Shown here: positions 38,183 to 49,044 of the stretch, in pieces
How the letters are laid out: each line of letters begins with the position of its first letter
How positions within the stretch are numbered: the first letter of the stretch is position 1
Source: a virus
Length of the DNA: 64,000 nt
Reading direction: 5' to 3' (one strand)
Virus record (IMG/VR): IMGVR_UViG_3300025121_000886
Location: 1 to 64,000 of that record
Program-made: the position numbers and the translations under genes
Notes under the pieces: generated by a model
Seen by the model: the letters and a program-made list of their open reading frames with translations, nothing else
Told to the model about the DNA's origin: nothing
Databases searched by the model: none

Positions 38183-39343
38183 ATGGCACTTATTAATCCT
38201 TTCAATCCTTATTCTCAAAATAGAACAGCATCAACTGTTCCAGAATATGTTACTGATAACGGTGAACCAGTAATGGAAACGTTGCGCGCTGGTATTAAGA
38301 AACCTAGAAGTGGAAAAACTTCTTTTTCTAATTCTACTCCTCTTATTGCAAGCAATGGTGAACTTAACGCCACCAGTAAAAGGGACCTCATGAAGAATAT
38401 GCTTACCATGAGGGATATGGTTCAACAGGGGAAAATCCGCAGATCTTCAGCTGATATAACCAGACAGAGATTAGCTGCTCACAAAGAACTTTTAAGACAA
38501 GCCTTCAATGAGAGAAATAGTCAAGTATTTGAAGCGATTGGACAAGTTATTTCTGATGAAATCTATGAATCAATGGGAAGAGAAGGTTTTGCTCGAAATG
38601 TTTTAGCTTTCTGTCCTCTTGAAGGAGATGAAACAGCTCGTATTAAGATCAGAACCAAGGATGTTATTTCTTATGTTGTGACGGCGAACCCTGAAGTGGT
38701 TGCCTGTCATGTAAGAGCCCATTGGCTGTATCCACAAGAATTTTATTTGATATGCACTCTTTTAGCAGAAAATAAAGATATTGCTCAAACCGGTGGTACT
38801 TTAATTGATGATAAATACCAAGACGGTATGGAAAGCATTTTTGTACAGGAAGATCTGGTATGGAAGACCCTTGCTGATTTAGCTGCTCCTGCACAGAATA
38901 ACCTTTATGTTTTTAATACCTTAACACCTTCTACTTTCTCAGCCCTTAGAACTCAGGTGTGGAGATGGGGTATTACACCTACGACAGCTATTATCTCTTT
39001 TGATCTGTGGGATGATATAATCACCGATTCAGAGTTTGCTAATTGGTGGTCAGAGGTAGCGAAACATGAAATCATTCTCACCGGAAAAATTGGTGGTCTC
39101 CTCGATGTAGAACTTAGAACAGATGGGTATCGTCAAGAAAATTTACAGGTTTTAAATCCTGGTGAAATTTATATGTGTGGTGCTCCAGAAAGTTTGGGAG
39201 CAATTTGTGAACGACAACCAGTAATTTCTAAACCAATTGATCAAGCTGTGTTACAACGACCACAAAGAGGATGGTATTTGGAAGCGATCGAGGGTATGGC
39301 TATTGCCAACTCGAAAGCTATCTCAAGAGGCTATCGAGTATAG
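38183..39343 (+). CDS. Major capsid protein
   Basis: 386 aa, AGGAG RBS, NGELNATSKRDL, REGFARNVL, QEDLVW, LNPGEIY, GWYLE; followed by a hairpin. Confidence 0.85.
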   Translation: MALINPFNPYSQNRTASTVPEYVTDNGEPVMETLRAGIKKPRSGKTSFSNSTPLIASNGELNATSKRDLMKNMLTMRDMVQQGKIRRSSADITRQRLAAHKELLRQAFNERNSQVFEAIGQVISDEIYESMGREGFARNVLAFCPLEGDETARIKIRTKDVISYVVTANPEVVACHVRAHWLYPQEFYLICTLLAENKDIAQTGGTLIDDKYQDGMESIFVQEDLVWKTLADLAAPAQNNLYVFNTLTPSTFSALRTQVWRWGITPTTAIISFDLWDDIITDSEFANWWSEVAKHEIILTGKIGGLLDVELRTDGYRQENLQVLNPGEIYMCGAPESLGAICERQPVISKPIDQAVLQRPQRGWYLEAIEGMAIANSKAISRGYRV

Positions 39344-39392
39344 GCTTTAGTTGTTTTCCTTTAAAAGTTAAAAGAATGTTAAGATAGAAATC

Positions 39393-39424
39393 GGGGAGAT
39401 ATTTTTCTCCCCCCCTCTCTTTTC
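39393..39424 (+). terminator. Probable intrinsic terminator after the major capsid gene
   Basis: GGGGAGA-TATTTT-TCTCCCC followed by a pyrimidine/T tract. Confidence 0.6.
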
Positions 39425-39459
39425 TCAAAAAATAATATTACATGCTTGAGGAGAAATTT

Positions 39460-40053
39460 ATGAAGTTAATTGAAAAAATAAATTTGGTGATGAAAAAAGC
39501 TCAAGCGCGCGGTGAGACAAATACAGTGATTGAACTTCAAAGAATAGCATCTGAATTAAAACCGATAGATAACAGAAATATCGATAGAAGTTCAGAATCT
39601 AAGATTTCTAATTATGATGCTGATGCTGATGTCTTTATTAGAGAAATTAAGGAAGTTGCTAATTCACTGAAGGCCAAAGGCGAATTTGCTTATGCAAAGA
39701 ATTTAACGGCTGCCGCTCAAGAATTTGTAGAACCACGCGAAGCTTCAACTTCTATAAACACAAAAGAAGATAGAGAAGCCAAAGAATGGGCAGGTCTTAT
39801 ATCAGAAGTAGCTGATGTGGATGAAAAATTGGCTAAAAAATTAATTACAGCCCTTTATGAAGTAGAGTCAGCTAAAAAGAGTAAAGCCAAAAAAAATAAA
39901 AAAGCTGAAGACGTAGAAGCTGAAGATGAAGAAGATACTTCTGAAGAAGACGAGGATTATTCTGAAGAGGATGAAAAAGATTATTCAGAAGATGAAGAAG
40001 ATACCGAAAAAGATGGAAAGAAAAAAGCTAAGAAAAAGGGAAGAGAAAACTAG
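39460..40053 (+). CDS. Protein with two or three copies of the tag and acidic/basic tails
   Basis: KAQARGETNTVIEL and VANSLKAKGEFAYAKNL; DYSEED repeats flanked by Lys runs. Confidence 0.7.
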   Translation: MKLIEKINLVMKKAQARGETNTVIELQRIASELKPIDNRNIDRSSESKISNYDADADVFIREIKEVANSLKAKGEFAYAKNLTAAAQEFVEPREASTSINTKEDREAKEWAGLISEVADVDEKLAKKLITALYEVESAKKSKAKKNKKAEDVEAEDEEDTSEEDEDYSEEDEKDYSEDEEDTEKDGKKKAKKKGREN

Positions 40054-40167
40054 GTCGTCGTCCTTTTTTTAATCACAGCAGTATCTTAATCCCCCACCAA
40101 TTTTAAGCAAGCCTATTTAAAAGATCATAAAATTAATTTTCAAATGAAAATTCACGAGGTGGTAATT

Positions 40168-40551
40168 ATGCAAATAAGTTTAGAAGCAAATTATTATGAA
40201 GAGTCTGATTTTGTTTTGGGGAGAATGTGGGTTTTTGAGGGTGATTATTATCACCCAGAATCAGTTAGAATAGGGGAATTTCAGTTTTTAACGAGTGAAA
40301 AAAAAGTTTTAACATCGGGTCAATTTGATCGTTATTATGGGAATAGCGATGGATCATTTACTTTTATCCTAAACCATCCTAGAAGTAGAGATAATATCAT
40401 TCTTAGGGTTGAACTCACTTTAGTTGATGGAACATTATTAAATAGGGAGGAGAGTGCAGGCTTTATTCCTAAAGAAGACAGGAATTTAGCAGAAAATATT
40501 GTCGATAGTGTTGAAAACATTTCACTCTCAGAGTTAGATTATTCTCTATAA
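40168..40551 (+). CDS. Hypothetical protein
   Basis: GAGGTG RBS before MQISL. Confidence 0.55.
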   Translation: MQISLEANYYEESDFVLGRMWVFEGDYYHPESVRIGEFQFLTSEKKVLTSGQFDRYYGNSDGSFTFILNHPRSRDNIILRVELTLVDGTLLNREESAGFIPKEDRNLAENIVDSVENISLSELDYSL

Positions 40552-40636
40552 TCGTTTTTGTATATAAAATTTACTCGATTTTATAGGAATATCATATTAA
40601 AAAAATGCACGTTTAAAGTTGTGCTTGGAGGTTTAT

Positions 40637-41530
40637 ATGCACATAGAAACTGAAAAATTAGCCGCTAAAAAGTTGGATTCTATTATTTATAAAATAGATA
40701 AGGTCGCATCAGATTTTGAAGAAAAAGGATACACAGATTTATCTACTATGTTAGATATGGTATCTCATGAGATATTGGCCGGTATTGAACCTTCTGAATC
40801 AAATCCTCCTATTGGATTGAAGGGTGCATCTAATGTTTTATTATGGCAAGATATGATGAAAACTTATGGGGATGAAATAAAAAAATATCCAGACACACGA
40901 ACACGTTGGGCTGCCGCTTTAGCTATTCTGGTTAATGTAGCAAAGCGTAAAGCTATCCCCATTCCTATTCCAGAACTTGTTAATATAGTAAACCCTAAGG
41001 CAGAGATTGTAACTGTTGTGCTGGAACTTGATCAAGAAGCTAAGAAGTTTTCAAGTAAAGTCATAACTTTTGTTAAATCTCAATTTCATGCAATTCCTTA
41101 TAGAAATCTAAAAAAACAACCTGCTAATTGTGGTTTTGAGAAAAAAAATAAACTTTATTATTTTGGATATTATTTATGTCTTGAAATACCTCGGGGGAAA
41201 GAGGTACCTGTTCAAGATGTAGGGTCTGATTTAAGAGAAGCTTTAATGCAAAAATTTAGAATGAAATCTACTGAATTTGATGGAGCTCTCTATAAATTAA
41301 CAGGTGAACGTGACGAGAATTATTCTTATATCACATTCACTGGTGAGGGGGAAGCCGCACAGGTCTGGTTAACCATGTATTTTTACTATTATTTTACAGA
41401 AGATCAAGTAAAAGCAATGTATGATTATATGTATGGGGTTGGTAAAAGCACTCGTTTAACGAATGTTAATACTTTAACAAGAGCAATTCAACGTGTGTTA
41501 AACACCTGGATTAAACGAGGTATTGAATAA
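40637..41530 (+). CDS. Tagged hypothetical protein
   Basis: IDKVASDFEEKGYTDLSTMLDMVS; GGAGG RBS. Confidence 0.7.
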   Translation: MHIETEKLAAKKLDSIIYKIDKVASDFEEKGYTDLSTMLDMVSHEILAGIEPSESNPPIGLKGASNVLLWQDMMKTYGDEIKKYPDTRTRWAAALAILVNVAKRKAIPIPIPELVNIVNPKAEIVTVVLELDQEAKKFSSKVITFVKSQFHAIPYRNLKKQPANCGFEKKNKLYYFGYYLCLEIPRGKEVPVQDVGSDLREALMQKFRMKSTEFDGALYKLTGERDENYSYITFTGEGEAAQVWLTMYFYYYFTEDQVKAMYDYMYGVGKSTRLTNVNTLTRAIQRVLNTWIKRGIE

Positions 41531-41545
41531 ATTTAAAGGTAATGT

Positions 41546-41974
41546 ATGATGTTACAAGCAGTTTTTAACCATTATCCCTATCAGATAGCTGTTTCTGGAA
41601 GCACAACTTTTTCATTAGAGAGTAAAGTCTCTGTTGAAACTTTGCTCTCACCTTCTCTTATTTTTTGGAACACTTCTGCTTATGATGAAGTTAGAGTGGT
41701 ATTTACCAGAAAATTAGATTTTGGGTCTGGTTTAGATCCTTTAGAAGATGGAACATTTGAAGAAGAAATGTATTCTGGATATGCTTCTCAAGGGAAATCA
41801 ATTAAATTACCTATAGATGAGAGCATGATCCATGTTTATACAGAATATCCAATATTGTCCCATAATGTTTCTGTTTATAATGAGACGGGGGAGATAATAA
41901 TTGTAAGGTTTCTGTTAACAGGATTTTATGATTCAGTAACAACCGCTACCATAAACTCTTACAGGAGAGATTGA
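41546..41974 (+). CDS. Probable virion protein
   Basis: 142 aa, beta-rich, in the late operon. Confidence 0.55.
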   Translation: MMLQAVFNHYPYQIAVSGSTTFSLESKVSVETLLSPSLIFWNTSAYDEVRVVFTRKLDFGSGLDPLEDGTFEEEMYSGYASQGKSIKLPIDESMIHVYTEYPILSHNVSVYNETGEIIIVRFLLTGFYDSVTTATINSYRRD

Positions 41975-43245
41975 TTATGAAACAAGATAGTAAATTTTTT
42001 GAATGGTCAACAGCCATGAGAAAGGTTTTATCTTCTTTTATTAGAAGAGATAATTTATTAGGTGATTCTCTAAAGATGTATCAAATTGGTCGTTTATATC
42101 AAGACAATTATATGATAAAATTATCAGAAACCTTGTTAGAATTAATCGAGGATGTTGATGATGTATTAGAAGGAAGAAGGTTTATGCGAAAACCTATCAC
42201 AATACCTTCTAAATATATAAAAGGTTTAGATTATCCTGCTGCCGAAAAGATGGTAGCTGATGCCATCCCGTGGATGAATAAGGATCAAGAAAAAATTATT
42301 ATAAATAACCTTAAAAAAGCGGGTTATCCACGTCCTGATAAGCTTACCAAAAAGTTTCTGCAAGACTTGGTTACCTATCCGGTTTATGAGTTTTTTATAC
42401 AGATTGATAAGGGTGTTTTATTTGATAAAGTGGTCTCTAAGATACCTCTTCCCAAAGCAGCTGGACTGAAAAAGCCTAAATTTGATGTAGCATTATTGGC
42501 ATTCCATTCAAAAAGTGGCTACGGATTGTCTTTTTCTGCTGATATAACCACTACTGGTGGCGAAGTTGAAGCAACTTTATTTCTTGATCACTGGTTTCTG
42601 AAGGATATTATAGATACTTGGGTTAAACCAGTTATTAGCAATATTAAAGAAGAAGGCGGTACTCCCGTTGAAACAGCCAGACATTATGCTAAAAAGATAG
42701 ATGATGAAATACAGTTAAGAACAAAATCAATGACAAATTTATCTTTAGTTAATGCTGTAAAACCTGAAGTAATATCTGAGAATGAAAATATAATATTAAA
42801 CATCACATATATTTTACAGTATCGATGTAAATCAGCTGATGTAGAATATAGAAAAAAGGAAATAACCGACTTTTTAAAGGCCGCTTCTGCTAGATTGGGA
42901 AGTGCTTCAGAAGTCACAAAGACTGCTATTAGAGCAGCTAAAGGATATCAGAGAGTGACAGCACAAAAATCTTTAACAGATTTGTGGGAGAAGGGTAGAG
43001 ATGTCTTTTATTCAGTTAAGGTCTCTTTTTTAATTGGGGAAGAAAACAAGTTCGAAACTTTATTAAAGAAAACGATTGATGTAGCTATAGATGTATCGAC
43101 CTTATTAGGTGTTTCCGGTGAAGAACGTGGATGGACAGATGATGATGAAATTGAATGGGGTTATGAGGAAGAAGATACTGATGACTCTGATATTTCTGAA
43201 GATGAATTGGATGATTCTGGTGAGCTTATTGAAGAGGATATTTAA
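41971..43245 (+). CDS. Hypothetical protein with acidic C-terminus
   Basis: 424-aa ORF. Confidence 0.65.
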   Translation: MIMKQDSKFFEWSTAMRKVLSSFIRRDNLLGDSLKMYQIGRLYQDNYMIKLSETLLELIEDVDDVLEGRRFMRKPITIPSKYIKGLDYPAAEKMVADAIPWMNKDQEKIIINNLKKAGYPRPDKLTKKFLQDLVTYPVYEFFIQIDKGVLFDKVVSKIPLPKAAGLKKPKFDVALLAFHSKSGYGLSFSADITTTGGEVEATLFLDHWFLKDIIDTWVKPVISNIKEEGGTPVETARHYAKKIDDEIQLRTKSMTNLSLVNAVKPEVISENENIILNITYILQYRCKSADVEYRKKEITDFLKAASARLGSASEVTKTAIRAAKGYQRVTAQKSLTDLWEKGRDVFYSVKVSFLIGEENKFETLLKKTIDVAIDVSTLLGVSGEERGWTDDDEIEWGYEEEDTDDSDISEDELDDSGELIEEDI

Positions 43246-43248
43246 AAT

Positions 43249-43698
43249 ATGAAAACAAGAGTTTTGGGGATAGATCCGGGTGCTAAAAATTTTGCTTATG
43301 GTCTACTTGAGGATGGAAAATACTCCACTTCTGGAAAATTTGTACCAATAAATAAAGTTACCTATGAAGATTTATGTGCCTGGTCGTTACAAATTCATGA
43401 TTTTTTAGCTTCTTTAAAATTAAATCCAGAATCTGATTGGATTGCTATAGAGCGATATGCACAGAGGGGGATGTATAAAAGTTTTTTTGAACCAATAAAT
43501 TTGATGGTAGGAATTTTTATAAGAGAAGCTATGCCTATTATAATAGATTTACAAATGGCGTCTACTTGGAAGACATGGATGAAGAAAACATATAAAATAG
43601 AACCAGTTCAGATTTATCCTGGGACAAATGATCATGAAGCTTGCGCTTTATGTTTAGCCGAATATTCATATACAAAAGCATTGAAGGACGCCAATTAA
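43249..43698 (+). CDS. ruvC: RuvC-like Holliday junction resolvase
   Basis: VLGIDPGAKNFAY, IAIERY, ASTWK, DHEACAL. Confidence 0.8.
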   Translation: MKTRVLGIDPGAKNFAYGLLEDGKYSTSGKFVPINKVTYEDLCAWSLQIHDFLASLKLNPESDWIAIERYAQRGMYKSFFEPINLMVGIFIREAMPIIIDLQMASTWKTWMKKTYKIEPVQIYPGTNDHEACALCLAEYSYTKALKDAN

Positions 43699-44777
43699 TG
43701 GAAGTGTGTGATTATCAGATAAATAAAAGTGAATGTCTTAAAGTACACAATTTATTTAATAATACACCTCAAAATTGTGATTTTATGGATTGTTCTTTAA
43801 TTAATTTATTATCTTTTGTAGCTTCTCTAAAAGATACAGAAGTCTTAAAAAATATTTTAGATATGTTAGATATGTCCCATTTATTAGAAGTGTGCTTTTT
43901 AAGAAAAGATGAAAAATTTTTATGTCCTTGTCTGGGTTATGTGTTTATCCCATGCTCTGTTAAAAATTGTGATCAATGGATCGATCTTTCTGATTTTTTA
44001 AATTGTGGATTGTGTCTTCATGAAAAGATGTCTGGGAAACAGGGGGAACTCGGTTTGGGAATTTTAGCATATATCTTAAAAAAGGATATAAAATACACTA
44101 AAAAAACATTAGATTCAGCACTTAAAAAGATGTGGAAGACTGAGTTATATAAGGAGATTGATCCAGAATTTGAAGTTTATCATATGGACGGTTTTTGTGT
44201 TAATTGTGAAAAGAAATTATCGTTTGATAATGCATTTAGAGTAGAAGGATTGGTTTATTGTTCACAAGACTGTTATCTAGAAAAGCCTCCTATAGCCCTT
44301 AATCTTGAAAAGTATTTAGGGGTTTCTTTTAACACCTTAGTAGATGTGATATTAAAACGGTTTAAAGGGTTGGCATTAGTCTCTAAAGTTTTGGGATGTG
44401 AGGATATTTCTATTATTGGTGAAAAATGGAAATGGTATATTTTAAATAATATTCAACCAAGTTTGAACAATAATCAGCTTTTGTCTAGAAATTATACAAG
44501 AAGCGGTGATCTATTATTAGATCTGAAAAATAAATATGAAACACATCGATGTTTATATGAAAAATGTGATAATACAAAAAGTGTTAGATTACAACAATTA
44601 TATAAGATAGAAAATACAGCTAGAAATATTTTAGCGGTAGAGCGATGTGATCATTGTAAAAAAAATGTAGATTGTAAACAATTAATTAATAATCATAATC
44701 GTATGTGCAATGAATTTGAGTGCAAAACGAATTTAAGGAGAATTTTAGATGAACGATATGACCGAAAAAATGTTTGA
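43698..44777 (+). CDS. Cys-rich, HTH-containing protein (possible transcription factor)
   Basis: Multiple Cys clusters (CVNC...YCSQDC, CDHC); LGILAYILKKDIKYTKKTLDSALKKM resembles an HTH; TAATG coupling. Confidence 0.5.
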   Translation: MEVCDYQINKSECLKVHNLFNNTPQNCDFMDCSLINLLSFVASLKDTEVLKNILDMLDMSHLLEVCFLRKDEKFLCPCLGYVFIPCSVKNCDQWIDLSDFLNCGLCLHEKMSGKQGELGLGILAYILKKDIKYTKKTLDSALKKMWKTELYKEIDPEFEVYHMDGFCVNCEKKLSFDNAFRVEGLVYCSQDCYLEKPPIALNLEKYLGVSFNTLVDVILKRFKGLALVSKVLGCEDISIIGEKWKWYILNNIQPSLNNNQLLSRNYTRSGDLLLDLKNKYETHRCLYEKCDNTKSVRLQQLYKIENTARNILAVERCDHCKKNVDCKQLINNHNRMCNEFECKTNLRRILDERYDRKNV

Positions 44778-45510
44778 GCGTTTAACACACAAACTTGCTG
44801 AAACCAGAGGAAAAAGGTTGGATTTAGAAATCTGTGATGCTTCTGTTTTATCTGAGCTTGGTGCTAAAGTATTAATGAGATACAGTTCGGCGGTTGGTAT
44901 TCCTTCATTTGACTCAGTAAGAGAATTCTTTGCAAGTCAATATCAAGGAGAGTTAATACCCTCCCCTGAATATTTTAGATGTTTTCCAGAAAAAGAAGCC
45001 TTAGAAGTTGTGGTGAGCCGCCTTCAGGTAAAAAGGGAGTATAATGATCGAAATATCATGACTCCAATCGTTTCTGAAGTTAAATATATAGACGATGATA
45101 AAAATGTGTGGAGTGTTAAAGAAACTGAGGGAAAGAAGATTCTGATCAGAAATGAAAAACAGGATATTGAACAACTTTTAAAGATCAATGATTCCCCCGT
45201 ACAGAATAAAACTGCCACACTTCATTATAAAGATGCTTCATCGGTTGGAAATAGGGTGAATGTCGGGGATGAGATAAAAATATTTATGAATGGTATTGTT
45301 ATTAGAGCAGTTGTTTCAACACAGCCAGCGCTTGGTATGCTTGAGGTTATTGATAATAAAGGGAACAGATTTGCTATATCAGTTAATTCTGTATTAGAAG
45401 TTGTAACCCCCGGGGCAGAGACCAAGAAACAACTTAAAGATGAGGTGTATGAGTATTTTGTTAAGGTCTATGGGCCTGATTATGCAGCTCAGATGGTAGA
45501 AAATGTATAA
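44749..45510 (+). CDS. Hypothetical (probable virion) protein
   Basis: 253 aa; SH3-like VNVGDEIKIF segment; C-terminal YFVKVYGPDYA. Confidence 0.6.
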   Translation: MNDMTEKMFERLTHKLAETRGKRLDLEICDASVLSELGAKVLMRYSSAVGIPSFDSVREFFASQYQGELIPSPEYFRCFPEKEALEVVVSRLQVKREYNDRNIMTPIVSEVKYIDDDKNVWSVKETEGKKILIRNEKQDIEQLLKINDSPVQNKTATLHYKDASSVGNRVNVGDEIKIFMNGIVIRAVVSTQPALGMLEVIDNKGNRFAISVNSVLEVVTPGAETKKQLKDEVYEYFVKVYGPDYAAQMVENV

Positions 45511-45521
45511 GGCAATAAGTT

Positions 45522-46157
45522 ATGACGAAAAGTGAAATAAATATGGCCACAGAAGTTCGTATAAAGGTATTATCTTTATATGAGGGTGGGAAAGAACTTG
45601 ATGAAATTGCCAAAGAGCTAAAGTTAGGTCTTGGCGATATAGAGTCTATTATATCAGATACTTCTAATATTGTAGCTGCGGATATTATTAATAGAGAAAT
45701 AATTGATCTAAAAATATTGTTGAAGGTTGCAAAAACAAAGTATAAGAGCAGTATGGATTGGAAAGATGCTCAGGCTGTTACAGGAATATCAGCTGAATTG
45801 GAGAATTTATTAAGACATCAACGAGAACTTTATGACCCTAATATTGATTTTGAGGAGCATGATCGTAGGGTTGTGAGGAAAGTGGTTATGGAAATTATAA
45901 AAGCAACTTCTTCGGCAATTTCTAATGTAAAACAGGCCGCTTCTTTAACCTTGGATAATAAGCAACAAGAAACTTTAGAACGATTACTAAGTGAATGTAT
46001 TAGGACGATAGGAAGAGAGTCCAAAAAAATATATTTTGATGGATTGACAGCTTTAGCAGAATATTTAGGTGCTTCTTTACCAAAACATATTCAAGACAAG
46101 ACAGAAGAGAATATTGTGGCGATAGATTCAATTAGAGGGAGAAAGAGCAAGTCGTAA
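45522..46157 (+). CDS. HTH protein, small-terminase candidate
   Basis: VLSLYEGGKELDEIAKELKLG N-terminal HTH followed by helices. Confidence 0.45.
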   Translation: MTKSEINMATEVRIKVLSLYEGGKELDEIAKELKLGLGDIESIISDTSNIVAADIINREIIDLKILLKVAKTKYKSSMDWKDAQAVTGISAELENLLRHQRELYDPNIDFEEHDRRVVRKVVMEIIKATSSAISNVKQAASLTLDNKQQETLERLLSECIRTIGRESKKIYFDGLTALAEYLGASLPKHIQDKTEENIVAIDSIRGRKSKS

Positions 46158-46267
46158 TTTGCCAAGTTTTATACCTACCTTTTTAATTTTCATCAAGACA
46201 TATTATTTATTAAAAGAATAGCCATTCATCTAATAATCATTAAATTTTTAACACGAGGAAAAAATTT

Positions 46268-47461
46268 ATGGCATCTTTAAGCAAGGCTACAAGAGGATCA
46301 ACACATTCTTTTGAAGCTGTTTTCACAGGAAAAACACCTTATAATATAAATAGATCACCAGTATTGACATTAACAGACCCCAATGGAATACAGACGGTTA
46401 ATGTTGATCCCTCATCAGGAATAGAAATTTTAGGGAGTGACACCTATCGTTATAGATGGCCAGTTCCTTTAGACGCTGTTTTGACCACAGATTCAACAAA
46501 ATGGCAAGCAGATTGGCAGATTATAACATCAGATGGTCAAGTTGATACTTGGACAGAGACTTTTGATGTGATAGATGCTGCTATAACTGAATCGTCTGAG
46601 AGAAAAAGGACTTATTTTACAATAGGTGGCAAAGGTATTCGGGTCATGATCAGAACACAGACTTTATTGAATGACATTAAATTAAATGTTATTCATTCTA
46701 CGAGCGATGATTATCCCGTTGTTACAGACGCTATTTTAGGGTCAAATACTTATAACATAAGGTTGACCATTGATGGTGATACTCATGTTTATTATTTTGA
46801 TATACCTTCTACAAAACCAGCTACATCACCAGCTTCTGATTACATTGTCAATGATTTGGCTATTGGTGAATATCAAGTTTTTTGGGATATTCAGGAGACA
46901 GTTACTTCCGAATATAATATGCTTTTTCAACTTTTGAGGGTAGCAAACAGGATATGGCTCAATTTTATACCTTCGATTAGAATGTTGATCGATAAACTTC
47001 AGAAAAGAGCTGGGACAGTCCAAGCATATGAAGACGCTGATGTTTATGAATATCTACAACAAGGTTTGACCATTATAAATTCTATACATCCCACAACTTC
47101 ATGGACAATCACACAGCTCCCTACAAATTTTTATAATTTTTTGGTGGCCACGACTTCTGTACATGCTTTGAGCGCTCAGCATATCTTAGAGAGTGAGTTA
47201 CAATTCTCATTCTCAGGTCAAACTATTTCTCTTGATTATGATCGTACTGGAAATCTTGAGAGCGCTTTGAGTAGATATTTAGATTGGATAAATACACATC
47301 TTACAAATTCTAAAATGGCTACATATCGCAGATCGTTCCCCACCGCTATAGTAGCTGGTCGTCCGGCTAGTTTGAGCATGAGGGAAAACAGGGTTGTGCG
47401 TATGGATTATCAATCTTCAGAAGATTTAAACAGATTGCTTTTAACCATGGGATTATTGTAA
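46268..47461 (+). CDS. Neck/head-tail adaptor protein with N-terminal Ig-like domains
   Basis: IRMLIDK...YEDADVYEYL...IN...P; FSFSGQTISLDYDRT. Confidence 0.6.
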   Translation: MASLSKATRGSTHSFEAVFTGKTPYNINRSPVLTLTDPNGIQTVNVDPSSGIEILGSDTYRYRWPVPLDAVLTTDSTKWQADWQIITSDGQVDTWTETFDVIDAAITESSERKRTYFTIGGKGIRVMIRTQTLLNDIKLNVIHSTSDDYPVVTDAILGSNTYNIRLTIDGDTHVYYFDIPSTKPATSPASDYIVNDLAIGEYQVFWDIQETVTSEYNMLFQLLRVANRIWLNFIPSIRMLIDKLQKRAGTVQAYEDADVYEYLQQGLTIINSIHPTTSWTITQLPTNFYNFLVATTSVHALSAQHILESELQFSFSGQTISLDYDRTGNLESALSRYLDWINTHLTNSKMATYRRSFPTAIVAGRPASLSMRENRVVRMDYQSSEDLNRLLLTMGLL

Positions 47462-47589
47462 TTTATGTTCAATGTTGTAGTGTTTATTTTTATTGAGATG
47501 GTCTTAATATATCTATTGGGGTTGTTTAGAAAAGGCTGAAAATATCATCGAAGTTTATCACAAGATTCATTAATAGAGGATATAATTTT

Positions 47590-48036
47590 ATGGATAACAA
47601 AAATATTTATAATTTATTAAAAGACATCAAAAAAGATGGCTTTTCTGAAGAGGCATCTCTTATAAATAAAGCATTAAAAAAATGGGGTGATAATCATAAG
47701 GTTATAGCCTCATTTGAGAATACATCTGAGCAAGAAACATTAAACTTAAGAACTTTGCGACAATGGATTTTAAATGATTACCGAAAAGTAGCATTTGAAA
47801 TTCATAATGATGGAGTTTTGATTGACCCTGTTGATCAAGAATCTTTTATGCAAGGACCAGCTATGTTAATCACAGGTCATGGTTTTCGTCCTGTTGAGAT
47901 AGCAGTTAATGTTTTTGGGGAGGTTGGTATTAATTATCAAGATGGTGCTTGGTCTAGGAGAAAGGTTCACTCTGAAAATATCATGTCTTTTTATGAGAAA
48001 CTTAAAAGAATTTTGAATGGACGTAAGGGGGATTAA
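47590..48036 (+). CDS. Tagged hypothetical protein
   Basis: LLKDIKKDGFSEEASLI...KVIASF. Confidence 0.65.
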   Translation: MDNKNIYNLLKDIKKDGFSEEASLINKALKKWGDNHKVIASFENTSEQETLNLRTLRQWILNDYRKVAFEIHNDGVLIDPVDQESFMQGPAMLITGHGFRPVEIAVNVFGEVGINYQDGAWSRRKVHSENIMSFYEKLKRILNGRKGD

Positions 48037-48108
48037 GGGGTATTAGTCTTTGTTCTGTAAATATATGTTTTGGTTGTGAATATATTAATCCAAAACAAGG
48101 AGATACCG

Positions 48109-49044
48109 ATGATTGCTAAAAGATTATCACCTGAGATGTTAGATTCTCTCTTAGAAAAGAAAAAAACGATTTATGTAAGAAATAAAACAAATCCCCGGGG
48201 TATAGTTTCAGTAATGTTTATTATTCCCAATGTTCAAAAAACAATTACAAAAATGGTATATGTATCTGCTTATCCACAGGCAATTACTGATGAAGTTCCT
48301 CATAGTACTGTGGGTGAATCTTATGATTTTAGAAGATATTTGATGAAGGGTATTCTTGAACTCGTTGACCCCGATGAAGCAAAAAAAGAATTGACTGCTG
48401 ATGCTTTAAAAGAGTTACAGGGTTTAAGAATGAGAGATCAGAATTTTAAGAGACGGACAGTTGTAGCACCAAGAGTTATAACTGGTATAGGAGATCGTGT
48501 TGAAGAATTAACAGAATTTGAACCTCCTAAAGGATGGCATACATCAGAACCACCTAGAGGGGGAGGCTATGACGGAAAAGCGGCGATAGATATGTTGGTC
48601 TCAAACAATCTTCCAAAAACGGAAGCTACCAATTTGATCAGAAAGGGCTATGTAGCCCCTAAGGTAGAGATGGGCTTTGAATTTGATAATATATCTTCAG
48701 TAGATATAAATCCACGGGTGATGGATATCGTGATGCAGTCTGAAAGTGGCGGAATGAAGGTAAAAGAAGCTATTGGATTATTGAGGGGATTAGAGGATCT
48801 TTTTACCGAGGCAGATATAGGTTACCTTATTTCTAAGGGTGTTCCTGAATTGAAAGCTTACGCTGAAGGTTTATTAGCACAGATGGATAAAAATACCGCT
48901 CCAATAAAAGAGGAAGCAAAAGAAGATATTATAAATGTAGAAGAGGTAAAAGAAGACCCTGTTGAAACTTTTCAGGAAGAGAATGATATTATAACCGGGA
49001 TAACAGAAGAACAGACGACTAATAAGAGACATAAACGAAGATAG
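48109..49044 (+). CDS. Hypothetical protein
   Basis: AAGGAG RBS before MIAKR. Confidence 0.65.
   Translation: MIAKRLSPEMLDSLLEKKKTIYVRNKTNPRGIVSVMFIIPNVQKTITKMVYVSAYPQAITDEVPHSTVGESYDFRRYLMKGILELVDPDEAKKELTADALKELQGLRMRDQNFKRRTVVAPRVITGIGDRVEELTEFEPPKGWHTSEPPRGGGYDGKAAIDMLVSNNLPKTEATNLIRKGYVAPKVEMGFEFDNISSVDINPRVMDIVMQSESGGMKVKEAIGLLRGLEDLFTEADIGYLISKGVPELKAYAEGLLAQMDKNTAPIKEEAKEDIINVEEVKEDPVETFQEENDIITGITEEQTTNKRHKRR

Noticed and set aside
29169-39343. Inteins or introns in terminase, portal or capsid genes
   Set aside because: No intein splice-junction or LAGLIDADG blocks were seen; the ORFs are continuous.
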